From Candidatus Latescibacterota bacterium (GTDB lineage Bacteria; Latescibacterota; UBA2968; SICM01), in contig CBDCJO010000001.1 of NCBI GenBank assembly GCA_965217865.1, forward strand, positions 352,001 to 416,000: 64,000 nucleotides of DNA, in the 5' to 3' direction. Of the stretch, positions 10,181-19,756 are shown in pieces; position 1 is the stretch's first letter, and every line of letters starts with the position of its first letter. The notes below the pieces were generated by a model that was not told the origin of the DNA, ran no database searches, and saw nothing but the letters and a program-made list of their open reading frames with translations. Position numbers and translations under genes: made by a program.

Positions 10181-10305
10181 TAAAAATCGATGCGAATTAC
10201 CGAATGAATTGTCAAGGGGTCTTTTTGGTTTTCCGAGTCACGGGTCACGATCCACGATCCCCGGGTTTTCCGATCCCCGAATCACGATCCACGATCCCCG
10301 GCCTT

Positions 10306-11319
10306 TCACACCAGATTGGGATTGTGCTCTCCCCACGCCTCCACCGGTGGAAGAATCCCGTCCTCGATCGTGGCGTCCCGAAGGGCCACCACGTGCCCGT
10401 ATGACACTTCAAGGGCTTTCATGTCCTCTTCATCCCCTTCGGGGGACAAGGGGGATACCCCTTCTTTCGATATCTTGGTCGGCATCGCCATCATAATGTT
10501 CCGGAACGGATCCGAATTCACATAGGTTCCGCATGGCCATTCATAACCAGGCTCTCCAAGAACGGCCCTCAGCATCTCGATACTCTGCTGAGCCGGGGAC
10601 TGGAATGAGGACCGCCCCCGCAACGAGATAATCCGGGCCCCGCCTCCCCGAACCACCTCCTGTACCTTCGCCCACTCTTCTCCATTCATGCCGATCCCGC
10701 CGACGGTCTGCCCTCCCAGGATATCGGTCAGCGCACGTCCATCAACCGCGATACCCTTCTTGAAGACCGCCATCTGTTCCCCGTGCCCGCCATAGGTTTT
10801 GCAACCCGTCACCTTATTCTGGCGGACTCGGAAGTGCTGGGCAAGGGCGGTTTGAAGCCGGGTGCTGTCCAGAGCGGCCAGGGTGCTCACCCGGCCGGCT
10901 GGAAGGCCTGAATAAACAAGCGCCGCCAAACCCGTAATGTCGGCCGGGTTGAAGATCACGACAACGAACTTGCAGTCCGGGGTCAGACGTTTGATGTCTA
11001 AACCGAGCTGTTTGGCGATCTCCGCATTTCCGCGGCGGAGGTCCTCGCGCGTCATACCCTCCTTCCGAGGGGCTCCGCCTGAAGATATGATATAGGCCGT
11101 ATCCTTTAAGGCCTCATCGATATCTGTTGTCCAGGCGACCTCTGCCTCGGGGAAGGCGCAATGGTAGATCTCCTCGGCCGTACCCTCCAGGAATTTTTCA
11201 ACAGGATCGTACATCGCGATTCGGTTCGCCGTCTTCGTGGCGAGAAGAGTCTGTACGATGTTGGACCCGATGGCCCCGGCCGCACCCAGGACGGCAACCT
11301 TTTCGTTGGTCAGATACAT
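10306..11319 (-). CDS. mdh: Malate dehydrogenase
   Basis: GAAGAIGS, PRKEGMTREDL, NPAD, LDSTR, GGHGE. Confidence 0.9.
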   Translation of the reverse strand: MYLTNEKVAVLGAAGAIGSNIVQTLLATKTANRIAMYDPVEKFLEGTAEEIYHCAFPEAEVAWTTDIDEALKDTAYIISSGGAPRKEGMTREDLRRGNAEIAKQLGLDIKRLTPDCKFVVVIFNPADITGLAALVYSGLPAGRVSTLAALDSTRLQTALAQHFRVRQNKVTGCKTYGGHGEQMAVFKKGIAVDGRALTDILGGQTVGGIGMNGEEWAKVQEVVRGGGARIISLRGRSSFQSPAQQSIEMLRAVLGEPGYEWPCGTYVNSDPFRNIMMAMPTKISKEGVSPLSPEGDEEDMKALEVSYGHVVALRDATIEDGILPPVEAWGEHNPNLV

Positions 11320-11397
11320 GGTGTTTCCTCCGTTAAAAAAGATAAAAAATCAGTTTGACGATCCTTGAATCCGATTCGCTTCCCTTCTACAATTTTT

Positions 11398-11703
11398 GGC
11401 TCTCCGTGGAATAGTGGACCCTGTCTTCGCGATTGACACCCGGCCTTCGAGCCAACGAGAAGCCGAGACTAAAGTCAGGGCTCTTCTTTCAGCGCCAACG
11501 GCGCGTTGTCCCTCAACCCAGGGCAACGCCCTGGGTCCTTGGAAAGCAATAGCTTGGTGCGGCCTGAAGGGTCGCGATAATTTCACACCCCCCATCCCCG
11601 GCACACATCCTGATTCATCTACTGTTCAGCACAAAACCCGGATCGCGGACCGTTGGGCTGGGCCAAGGAATCACGGGCCGTTGGCCCGCTGATGAGTCGC
11701 CTC
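11398..11703 (+). mobile_element. Non-autonomous tnpA-derived element, copy 2
   Basis: Same left arm (ACCCAGGGCAACGCCCTGGGT). Retains CACATCCTGATTCATCTACTGTTCAGCACAAAA = HILIHLLFSTK. Confidence 0.7.
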
Positions 11704-11778
11704 ACGCTTTTCCCCGTCTAACGTCTCACATCTCACGAGCTTCACGGTTTTTTTTCCCTGACCCCTGACACCTCCCGT

Positions 11779-11862
11779 CCTTCGACTGCGTTCCGCAAAA
11801 AACGCGGAACTCCGCTCAGGAAGTATTCATTAAGTGTTTATGATTTGCTAAACTATCGCGGC
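11779..11862. repeat. REP/MITE-like family A copy
   Basis: CCTTCGACTGCGTTCCGCAAAAAACGCGGAACTCCGCTCAGG...TATCGCGG. Confidence 0.8.
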
Positions 11863-11905
11863 CATTGCTATGCCCAGCTCCGGTCTGCCCTAAACTTTGC
11901 AATTT

Positions 11906-14900
11906 TCATTTTTCATTTTCCATTTTCTCCTCACCCCTAACCTTGACTTGATCCCTGAACCCTTGATTCCCGACCACTCGCGTCTGATATGTCTCCAGAT
12001 AATATCGATGCCCTTCGTCATCCGGGTAAGCATCGCCCTGTCCAAACGGGTAAGAAGACATCCCGTGGTAAGGCATAGGGTCCACCGACTGCGAATGGGC
12101 GGTGTTGATGTCTCCGTCCTTAACCCAACCGTCGCTGTAAAACACGAAATCTCGGCTCCAACCATCGGGTGGGGGTGGAACCCCATCGAAAACAAGGGCG
12201 ACTTCATCTCCGGCGTTCATCACCACGTATTGGTCATCTGCCGAAAGGAGCAGTGGGGTAACATCTCCGTATTGTGTGTACATCCCTTCCAGATCTCGCC
12301 AGGTCGACCCTCGTTTTACCACATCGTAATCGAACAGGTGGGGTCCATTTTCAGACTCTCGGAACAACCGGGAGAAACCTCGATAACGGAGATTCGCCAC
12401 CGACGGTTTCAGCGATGTGATCATCGTTCTGGTTTCAGGTTCATCTACGCTGAAGAAGACGTGGTCCCAGTAGATCTGCATGTTCGTCGAGATCCGAACC
12501 CGATGGTCCCCGCAGAGGAATTTTCCGGAGAGGTCCAGGATGCAGGTTTTCCGTTTGCCGTTCGGGAACCCGGCAAAGGGGATGACGGGTTGCCAGACCC
12601 CGTTTCGGTCCGGGACCTCCAGGGTCGGCGGCTGGCCCCGAAGCCCGTCCCCTCTTTGCGACAGCGCAAAGTTGAGACTCGTGTCTGTCGGAAAGATCCA
12701 TCCGTTCAGAAAGAGGACCACTCTGGCGCCATCGGGGAAATCTCCCAGGTCGAGGGTCAGGCTATGCGGCTGGACGATGCCTTGATACGGCGTTGGAACC
12801 AGGCCGTCAACGAATCGGCCGTCCCTGACCCTCAGGCTGTCGAGAATGTCTTGCCCCTGATCGTCAATCGCCGAAACCGGAAGCCTTGGATTTTGCACGG
12901 TATGGAGTCGGAATGACGGAAAAGGCGGGGGCACGAACCGCTCATCCACATAGATATCGGCCTCCTCTGGATGGTCCACGACAAGCAGCTTGGCTTCATC
13001 CAGGTAGATCGTCTCCCACAGTTCCTCCGTGACGCGAAGAGTTAACTTCCCGTCTTTCTCACGGAGCTGATCCCCGCGAATCTTCACATAATCCTTGCCG
13101 GAATCCGAAAAGGCATGCCGTCCGTCGTCCATCAGCATCCCGAGCGGACTCCGCCAGAGGAGATCGGTTACAAACCGATACCGCTTGCCATCCCAGGCGT
13201 ACAGGAACGGACAGGAACCCTTGAGCGATTGTTTCTCAATGATCCGTGTGTTGATCTCTGGCGCGATCCGGTTCTGAGGGACCCCGTTGGTCCAAACCAC
13301 CCTGAGGACCTCTGCCCGGGTCCTCCCCCCGAGGCCGAAATGGGTGACAGGTCCCGCCACGACCTTCATCTGATAGAGTTTCCCTGATTTCAGCTCCATT
13401 TTAACCCCGATCCCGGCGATATTATTCTTGGAGCTTCCCACCTTTAAGCCAACGAGTTTCACCGTCAACCAGCCATTCGCATTTCCCCCGTCGTTCCGGA
13501 GAAGACGTATCTTATCTCCGTGCGTGATCAGGAGATCGAGGTCCCCATCCGCATCGGAATCCATCGGGGATGGCCGTTGGTTGGATTGGAGGCCGGGGGG
13601 GAGGATTCCCGGGACAATCCCGAATCCATCCCCTTGGTTCCTGAACAGATGGAGACCGTTGGATAGGCCTGAAGCGACCAGATCAACCCAACCATCATTG
13701 TCGTAATCCAGAAACCGCGCGTCCGCCACCGGAGATCCGGGAATCAGCGCTTCCGATTTTCGATAAATCCCATCCCCCTGATTACGATAGATCTGGGAGG
13801 ATCCGCTAACGCCTGTGAAGACATCCAGAAATCCGTCGTTGTCATAGTCCGCCGTATCCAGCAACGGAGGAGAGCCGGGTTCTTTTCCACTTTCGGAAAT
13901 CGATTCAAATCCCACGGAGATTCGCGAAAGGCGGCCCTGCCGAAGATTCGTGTAGGTGGATACCCCTTCCTTCCCGACGAACATTAGATCTGTGTCTCCA
14001 TCCTCGTCAAAATCTCCGAAAGCTACGTCAGTTGCATCAAAGGTACCTTCCAGACCTGCTTTTTTTCCGACATCCAGGAAAGTCTCATCTCCATTGTTTC
14101 TCAGCAACACGACGAAACGGCCTTCATCCGGGACGGCCTTGATGAGGATCAGGTCCAGGTCTCCGTCGTGGTCGTAGTCCACGAACAGAGACTTCCGGTT
14201 ATTCCCAAGAAGACGGGATGACAGGATCCCATCACCGGATATATCCACAAACATGCCGTTGTCGTTTCTTGCGAACACGCCCTGACCCTGAGGGCTCCAG
14301 ACCAAAAGGTCCGAATCCCCGTCGTTATCATAGTCCGCCATCGATGCGCTCTCGAAATCCCCCCGGAACCCCAGACCTCTTTGATCGGTCACATCAACGA
14401 ACTTCCCCCTCTCATTAACCAGAAGGACATTCCCGGGCCCCCCGCCCGCCCGGCGACACACATAGACGTCGAGGGCGCCGTCATCGTCGAGGTCCCCAAG
14501 CGCGAATCCGCGAGCGTCCTGGCCCAGGCCAACCGCCTGGGTTGCATCCCTGAAAGCGATCGGAATCGGGGACTCATGATACTCCCCCAACCGCGCTTCA
14601 AGCTGAGCGCTGAATCGTTCCAACGGAAGGCCGGTCGCACCCTGCACCAGTTCCGAAATCGCGGACCGGTAGCGGAAACCTCCCTTCTGAACGTTTTCGA
14701 ACACGATCATCTGCAAGAGGGCCTCATCCGGCTTTCCCTGTGACATGACTTCCAGGCCCTTCTCCAGATAAGGCACCGCAGCATCGGGGATTCCCCAAAG
14801 ATCTTTTCGAATGCCTTCATAGACTTTCCGGGCTTCCGGGACATTTTTCCTTCGGAGGAGGATCTCTCCGAGCTTCAACCGGACTACGATATTCGCCGGA

Positions 14901-15424
14901 AGCCGTGTGAAAAGTCCCCGAAGTTGATCCTCCGCATCGCCAAGACTTTCCGGAGTCCGCCGCGAACGGAGATTATAGGTGGCGAATTTGTAGCGGGAAT
15001 AGTCATCCCCAGGATCGAGCCGGATTGCCTCCCGGATTTCCCGAACAAAATCCTCTTCCCGATGTTGCCATAGATAAACCTCCGCCAACAACGAACGCAC
15101 CTGGGCGTTCCCCGGGCCCTGCACTATGGCCTTTTTTAACCACGCTTCCGCATCCCCCAGTTGCTGCATCCGAAGATAGACGAGACCCGAGTTGGCATAC
15201 CCGAGGGGTTCATCCGGTGCGAGTTCCGCAACCTCTTTGAACGCTTCCAATGCCTGATCATTCTGATTCTGCTCGAGATGTGCCAGTCCAAGATTTCGCT
15301 GGATCAGAAGGTCGGATAAGCCCGAACCAAGAACCGGTTCCGGGGTGACAACCAATAAGAATAACAACAACGATTTTGAAACCGGATTGATGATTCCAAG
15401 AAAATTGCAATTTTGGTTCTTCAA
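11906..15424 (-). CDS. TPR + FG-GAP repeat + ASPIC/UnbV (CRTAC1-like) secreted protein
   Basis: N-terminal TPRs, multiple DxDxDGDxD motifs, THFGLG..VVWTNG, GSCPFLYAWDG. Confidence 0.9.
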   Translation of the reverse strand: MKNQNCNFLGIINPVSKSLLLFLLVVTPEPVLGSGLSDLLIQRNLGLAHLEQNQNDQALEAFKEVAELAPDEPLGYANSGLVYLRMQQLGDAEAWLKKAIVQGPGNAQVRSLLAEVYLWQHREEDFVREIREAIRLDPGDDYSRYKFATYNLRSRRTPESLGDAEDQLRGLFTRLPANIVVRLKLGEILLRRKNVPEARKVYEGIRKDLWGIPDAAVPYLEKGLEVMSQGKPDEALLQMIVFENVQKGGFRYRSAISELVQGATGLPLERFSAQLEARLGEYHESPIPIAFRDATQAVGLGQDARGFALGDLDDDGALDVYVCRRAGGGPGNVLLVNERGKFVDVTDQRGLGFRGDFESASMADYDNDGDSDLLVWSPQGQGVFARNDNGMFVDISGDGILSSRLLGNNRKSLFVDYDHDGDLDLILIKAVPDEGRFVVLLRNNGDETFLDVGKKAGLEGTFDATDVAFGDFDEDGDTDLMFVGKEGVSTYTNLRQGRLSRISVGFESISESGKEPGSPPLLDTADYDNDGFLDVFTGVSGSSQIYRNQGDGIYRKSEALIPGSPVADARFLDYDNDGWVDLVASGLSNGLHLFRNQGDGFGIVPGILPPGLQSNQRPSPMDSDADGDLDLLITHGDKIRLLRNDGGNANGWLTVKLVGLKVGSSKNNIAGIGVKMELKSGKLYQMKVVAGPVTHFGLGGRTRAEVLRVVWTNGVPQNRIAPEINTRIIEKQSLKGSCPFLYAWDGKRYRFVTDLLWRSPLGMLMDDGRHAFSDSGKDYVKIRGDQLREKDGKLTLRVTEELWETIYLDEAKLLVVDHPEEADIYVDERFVPPPFPSFRLHTVQNPRLPVSAIDDQGQDILDSLRVRDGRFVDGLVPTPYQGIVQPHSLTLDLGDFPDGARVVLFLNGWIFPTDTSLNFALSQRGDGLRGQPPTLEVPDRNGVWQPVIPFAGFPNGKRKTCILDLSGKFLCGDHRVRISTNMQIYWDHVFFSVDEPETRTMITSLKPSVANLRYRGFSRLFRESENGPHLFDYDVVKRGSTWRDLEGMYTQYGDVTPLLLSADDQYVVMNAGDEVALVFDGVPPPPDGWSRDFVFYSDGWVKDGDINTAHSQSVDPMPYHGMSSYPFGQGDAYPDDEGHRYYLETYQTRVVGNQGFRDQVKVRGEEKMENEK

Positions 15425-15428
15425 TTAT

Positions 15429-15678
15429 GGCTCTCCATGGAATATAGTGGACCCTGTTCTTCCCGATTGACACCCCGGGCCTTCGAGCTAATCGAGAAGT
15501 CGAGACTATAGTCAGGGCCTTCTTTCAGCGCCAACGGCGCGTTGTTCCTCAACCCAGGGCAGCGCCCTGGGTCGTGAGATTTCACATCCCCCAATCCCTG
15601 TCCCGTATCCTGATTCATCTACGGTATATGTGGAATTGATCCGGATCGCGGACCGTTGGACCGCTGATGCGTTGCCTC
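15429..15678 (+). mobile_element. Non-autonomous tnpA-derived element, copy 3
   Basis: Encodes PQSLSRILIHL fused in frame to RYMWN* (15622-15639). Confidence 0.7.
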
Positions 15679-15965
15679 ACAGAACCTCGCTTTCACCAAC
15701 GGAAGTTCTTCAATTTTCAATTTCCTTTCATAAAAAAACTCCGGACCTCCGGTCCTGAGCCACCCTGGAATCCAGGGGATATTTTATAGGTTTTCCCGTA
15801 CCAAGTCAACTTTTTTAGTTACGGGGATACGCATAGCCCAGGCCCGTTGCACATATGGCAGGACCCTTAAAAACCCTTGAAGAGCCCCCCTTTTTATCTT
15901 AGATTGTCTTCATTCCTAAGGGAATTAAGGCATTCGAACACAGTCCCTCCAGATCTCCGAATCCT

Positions 15966-16946
15966 ATGTCCGGTTCATTGATGTATAAAAAGATTCGGGA
16001 CGGCTCGGAGATGTCCATGCCCGATAACCGTCCCAGAATCGCAGTAGTCGGGTCCATCAATCGAGACACGATTCGTACCCCGGATGGATTGACCACTGAG
16101 AGTTATGGGGGGCTCCTATACAGCATCCTGTCGCTGCACGAAATTCTTGACGGCCAAGTCGAAATTTTTCCCGTTTGCAAAGTGGGATTGGATGTAAAGG
16201 AAATTGTCTCCGACCTCCTTGGAAGTTGCCGCTCCGTTCACTTTGACGGCGTCCAATTCGTTCATGGAAAAAATAACCACTGCTTCCTCGATTATGACGA
16301 AAAGGGACGAAAGCAGGAAACCCTGAAGGATGTGGTCCCTCCCCTTACATTAGACAATCTCTCCCCCTTCCTCTCTTGTGATGCCGTCTGTTTCAATTTT
16401 ATCACGGGGTGGGAGATGACCCTGGAGACCTGCCAACTTGCCCGTGCATCGACAGGGTCCCCCATCCTGATGGACCTCCACAGCCTGACCCTCGGAATCG
16501 ATCCGAACGGTCTCCGGTTCTGGCGCAAACCTCCCGATTGGGAGGCATGGGTGGCCTGCGGAGATGTTATTCAGATGAACCGGGAAGAGGCGACCCTTAT
16601 CTGGGGAAAGGACATATTACTGGAAGGTGAGTTGCGGAGGTTCGGAAATCACGTGTTGGAGAATGGTACAACGGCATTGATCATTACCCTCGGGGATGGA
16701 GGATCCAGAGCGGTCTTCAGGACCGAAAACGGTACCATCGAATCCATCGGGACCGAGGCGCCCCTCCCCGAACCCTCCATTGACGAAACGGGATGCGGGG
16801 ATGTATTTCTTATGGGATTCACCGCAGCATATATCCGTTCCCTTGACGTCCGGCGGGCTTCAAACCTGGCCAACCGGGCAGCAGCTGCAAATTGTTGCCT
16901 GAGGGGAATCGAAGAGATCGGCAGGTTAAGGGAGTATCTCTGTTGA
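15966..16946 (+). CDS. PfkB family carbohydrate kinase
   Basis: VVGSINRD, QMNREEA, ITLGDGG, DETGCGDVF. Confidence 0.88.
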   Translation: MSGSLMYKKIRDGSEMSMPDNRPRIAVVGSINRDTIRTPDGLTTESYGGLLYSILSLHEILDGQVEIFPVCKVGLDVKEIVSDLLGSCRSVHFDGVQFVHGKNNHCFLDYDEKGRKQETLKDVVPPLTLDNLSPFLSCDAVCFNFITGWEMTLETCQLARASTGSPILMDLHSLTLGIDPNGLRFWRKPPDWEAWVACGDVIQMNREEATLIWGKDILLEGELRRFGNHVLENGTTALIITLGDGGSRAVFRTENGTIESIGTEAPLPEPSIDETGCGDVFLMGFTAAYIRSLDVRRASNLANRAAAANCCLRGIEEIGRLREYLC

Positions 16947-17959
16947 GCGCAACCCAATCCTTACGTATTCACCCTCTATTCATTTTTTCATTTTGCGTAC
17001 TACACCTCGCGTGTGCTCTACTTTTCGTTCCTCCGGCATTTTCGTGGCCCGTGGAAGGATGGGAGCAGATCGAGACCGATCACACCGCTTTGCGTTTTCG
17101 AGGACCGGATCAAACCTTCGCTGAGAATCTGACCTTTTATTTACAGAGCGGTTATCGCCACGTTCACAGGAAACTTGGCCTTGGGGAAGATATCCGGACC
17201 ATCGTCTATCTGGCGCCATCCGCAAGGCTCTTCGAGGCGCTCACTTCCGGGGCCGTCCCGGACTGGGGGGTTGGATGCGCTTTTCCGGAACATCGGGTCA
17301 TCGTCCTTCGAAAAGTTGAAGGCACCCCAGGGGCTCTCAGGGAGACCATTTACCACGAAATTTCCCACATCCTCCTTAACAACTCTGCCGGCGATCTACC
17401 GATCCCCCGTTGGTTCGACGAGGGAATGGCGATGTGGAACGCTTCCGAATGGCGATGGGGCCAGTCCTACGAGATGTCGGCGGCAGCCGTCTGGGGGAAT
17501 CTTCTTCCCCTTCGGGAAATCGATAATGTATTGGCCTTTGCTTCCCCGAAGGCGAAGCTTGCTTACGCCGAGAGCTTCTCCGCAGTCTCATTCCTCATGA
17601 GGCAGGAAGGCCCCGATATCGCCTCGCGTCTTCTTACGGATCTGAGGTCCGGATATTCGTTCGAAGAGGCCTTTGCCCGACAGACCGGAGCCACAACTGA
17701 AGAATTTGAGGAACGATGGAGAAAAGAAGCGGAGAAGAGGTTCGGTCTTGCGGCTCTCTTGTCTGAGTCTATCAATTTCTGGTTAGGCGTCACCATGCTT
17801 TTCCTGCTGGCCTATGTCGCAACAAAGTTGCGAAACCGTCGCAAAATCCGGCAGTGGGAGGCCGATGAAGCCGGGCCCTCGCGACCTGCCCTCCAGATTC
17901 ATCACGGAAGGCCTGAGAAGGCCCCCGACAAAGGAGACAGACCTTGGTCATCGGAGTAA
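16892..17959 (+). CDS. Peptidase MA-like (gluzincin) domain membrane-anchored protein
   Basis: HEISH...WFDEGMA, signal-like segment and C-terminal TM. The true start is probably a little downstream. Confidence 0.8.
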   Translation: MLPEGNRRDRQVKGVSLLSATQSLRIHPLFIFSFCVLHLACALLFVPPAFSWPVEGWEQIETDHTALRFRGPDQTFAENLTFYLQSGYRHVHRKLGLGEDIRTIVYLAPSARLFEALTSGAVPDWGVGCAFPEHRVIVLRKVEGTPGALRETIYHEISHILLNNSAGDLPIPRWFDEGMAMWNASEWRWGQSYEMSAAAVWGNLLPLREIDNVLAFASPKAKLAYAESFSAVSFLMRQEGPDIASRLLTDLRSGYSFEEAFARQTGATTEEFEERWRKEAEKRFGLAALLSESINFWLGVTMLFLLAYVATKLRNRRKIRQWEADEAGPSRPALQIHHGRPEKAPDKGDRPWSSE

Positions 17960-18537
17960 CCGGGGGGCTCGGATCGGGAAAAAGTTCGGTCTGTCGCCGA
18001 TTCGAGGCCGAGGGTGCCATCGTTATTGAGGCAGATCAGACCGGACGGGAGGTGGTCGAAGAACCGGATGTCCTCCGTAAACTCATCGCTGCATTCGGAC
18101 CGGACCTGACCGATGGTGACGGTAATTTGAACCGGCGTCTCCTGGGGGAAAGGGCATTTTCGAACGCAGAATCGAATGAGCGACTGAACGATATCGTTTG
18201 GCCGCCCCTTGTCCGAAAGCTCCGCGCCGATGCGGCTTCCGCGCTTCACGAACATCCCGACAGGCCTGTGGTTGTGGATGCAGCCCTCCTCCTCGAATGG
18301 GGAGATGTGAGCTGGCTCGATGCGCTTGTGGTTGTGACCGCGGAGAGAAGTGTTCGAAAAGACCGAATGATTAGCAGGATGGGCCTTTCCGAACAGGAGG
18401 TGGAAGACCGAATGAAAGCCCAGATGCCCGAGGAGGATAAGGTTCGAAAAGCGGACTACGTCATCGTCAACGACGGATCCCTTGAGGCTTTGGCAACCCG
18501 GGCAACGGAAGTCTGGAAATCACTGATGGCGAAGTGA
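17944..18537 (+). CDS. coaE: Dephospho-CoA kinase
   Basis: IGVTGGLGSGKS, VVDAALLLE, ADYVIVNDGS. Confidence 0.95.
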   Translation: MVIGVTGGLGSGKSSVCRRFEAEGAIVIEADQTGREVVEEPDVLRKLIAAFGPDLTDGDGNLNRRLLGERAFSNAESNERLNDIVWPPLVRKLRADAASALHEHPDRPVVVDAALLLEWGDVSWLDALVVVTAERSVRKDRMISRMGLSEQEVEDRMKAQMPEEDKVRKADYVIVNDGSLEALATRATEVWKSLMAK

Positions 18538-18585
18538 GAAAATCGACAGGCCCTTTCCCTCTCAGCCTAATTCCCTTCCGAACTC

Positions 18586-19713
18586 ATGGACAATACGCCT
18601 CCTCAAAACCTCAGAAAGACGCCGATCTGCGATTCCCATCTTGCCCTGGGCGCCCGGATGGTGTCATTTGGCGGCTGGTGGATGCCCCTGCAATTTAAGG
18701 GAATCGTCGAGGAAAACCTGGCCGTTCGATCGGGCGCAGGCCTGTTCGACATCTCCCACATGGGTCAACTTGGGATTTACGGTTCAAACGCGACGGCTTT
18801 CCTGGATCATCTGCTCCCGAACCATATCGACCCCTTGAGGCCGGGTCAGATCCTCTACTCACCGATGTGCAAAGAATCGGGCGGGATCATAGACGACCTC
18901 TTGGTCTTTAGGAGGGACGAGACGGATTACCTCCTTGTGGTCAATGCCGGCCGGAAGGATGTGGACCTGGACTGGATTCAGACCCATGCCAAATCATACG
19001 GTGAAGTCACGGCCGTGGACCTTTCCGATTCCTATGCGATGGTTGCCCTCCAGGGTCCCGGGGCCGAGCGGATCCTGAATCCCCATACCGGGGTCGATTT
19101 ACAGGTAATACCCTATTATCAATTTGAGGTCGGACGTTTGGGGGAGGTCGAAACCATTATCTCCCGGACCGGGTACTCGGGTGAGGACGGTTTTGAAATC
19201 ATCTGTCCCTGGGAGGATGGGCCGACGGTATGGAATCGCCTCCTTCAGGGGCCCGAAGAGTTGCGGGTTGTACCGACCGGCCTCGGATCCCGTGACACGC
19301 TTCGCCTGGAAGCAGCATACCCCCTGTATGGGAACGACATCAGTGAAACGACGACCCCTCTCGAAGCGAGGCTGGGGTGGACGGTAAAATTCGATAAGCC
19401 CGAGAAGTTCATCGGAAGGGGTGCCCTCATCCGGCAAAAAGAAGAAGGGATACCCCGAAGGCTGGTCGGACTGCGGATGTGCGGGCGGGGGATACCCAGA
19501 CACGATCAGCGCATCCTGAACCACGGGGGGGAATCGGTCGGAAGGATCACAAGCGGAACCTACTCCCCCACGCTAAAAAAGGGCATCGCCCTGGGCTACG
19601 CAGCCCGGGGATTCAACAAGGTTGGAACCCGGCTGGAAGTAGAGGTCCGAAGCCGGAGGGAGCCCGTTGAGCTTGTCAAGCTTCCGTTTTTGGAAACACA
19701 CGTCAAAAAGTGA
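18586..19713 (+). CDS. gcvT: Glycine cleavage aminomethyltransferase T
   Basis: GLFDISHMG, RTGYSGEDGFE, RDTLRLEA. Confidence 0.97.
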   Translation: MDNTPPQNLRKTPICDSHLALGARMVSFGGWWMPLQFKGIVEENLAVRSGAGLFDISHMGQLGIYGSNATAFLDHLLPNHIDPLRPGQILYSPMCKESGGIIDDLLVFRRDETDYLLVVNAGRKDVDLDWIQTHAKSYGEVTAVDLSDSYAMVALQGPGAERILNPHTGVDLQVIPYYQFEVGRLGEVETIISRTGYSGEDGFEIICPWEDGPTVWNRLLQGPEELRVVPTGLGSRDTLRLEAAYPLYGNDISETTTPLEARLGWTVKFDKPEKFIGRGALIRQKEEGIPRRLVGLRMCGRGIPRHDQRILNHGGESVGRITSGTYSPTLKKGIALGYAARGFNKVGTRLEVEVRSRREPVELVKLPFLETHVKK

Positions 19714-19756
19714 AAGAATGTCACGCGTGTGACATTCTCTACGCCCAACGAACCAG

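Noticed and set aside
10165-10404. ORF starting within the microsatellite
   Set aside because: Translation of heptamer repeats overlapping mdh on the antisense strand.
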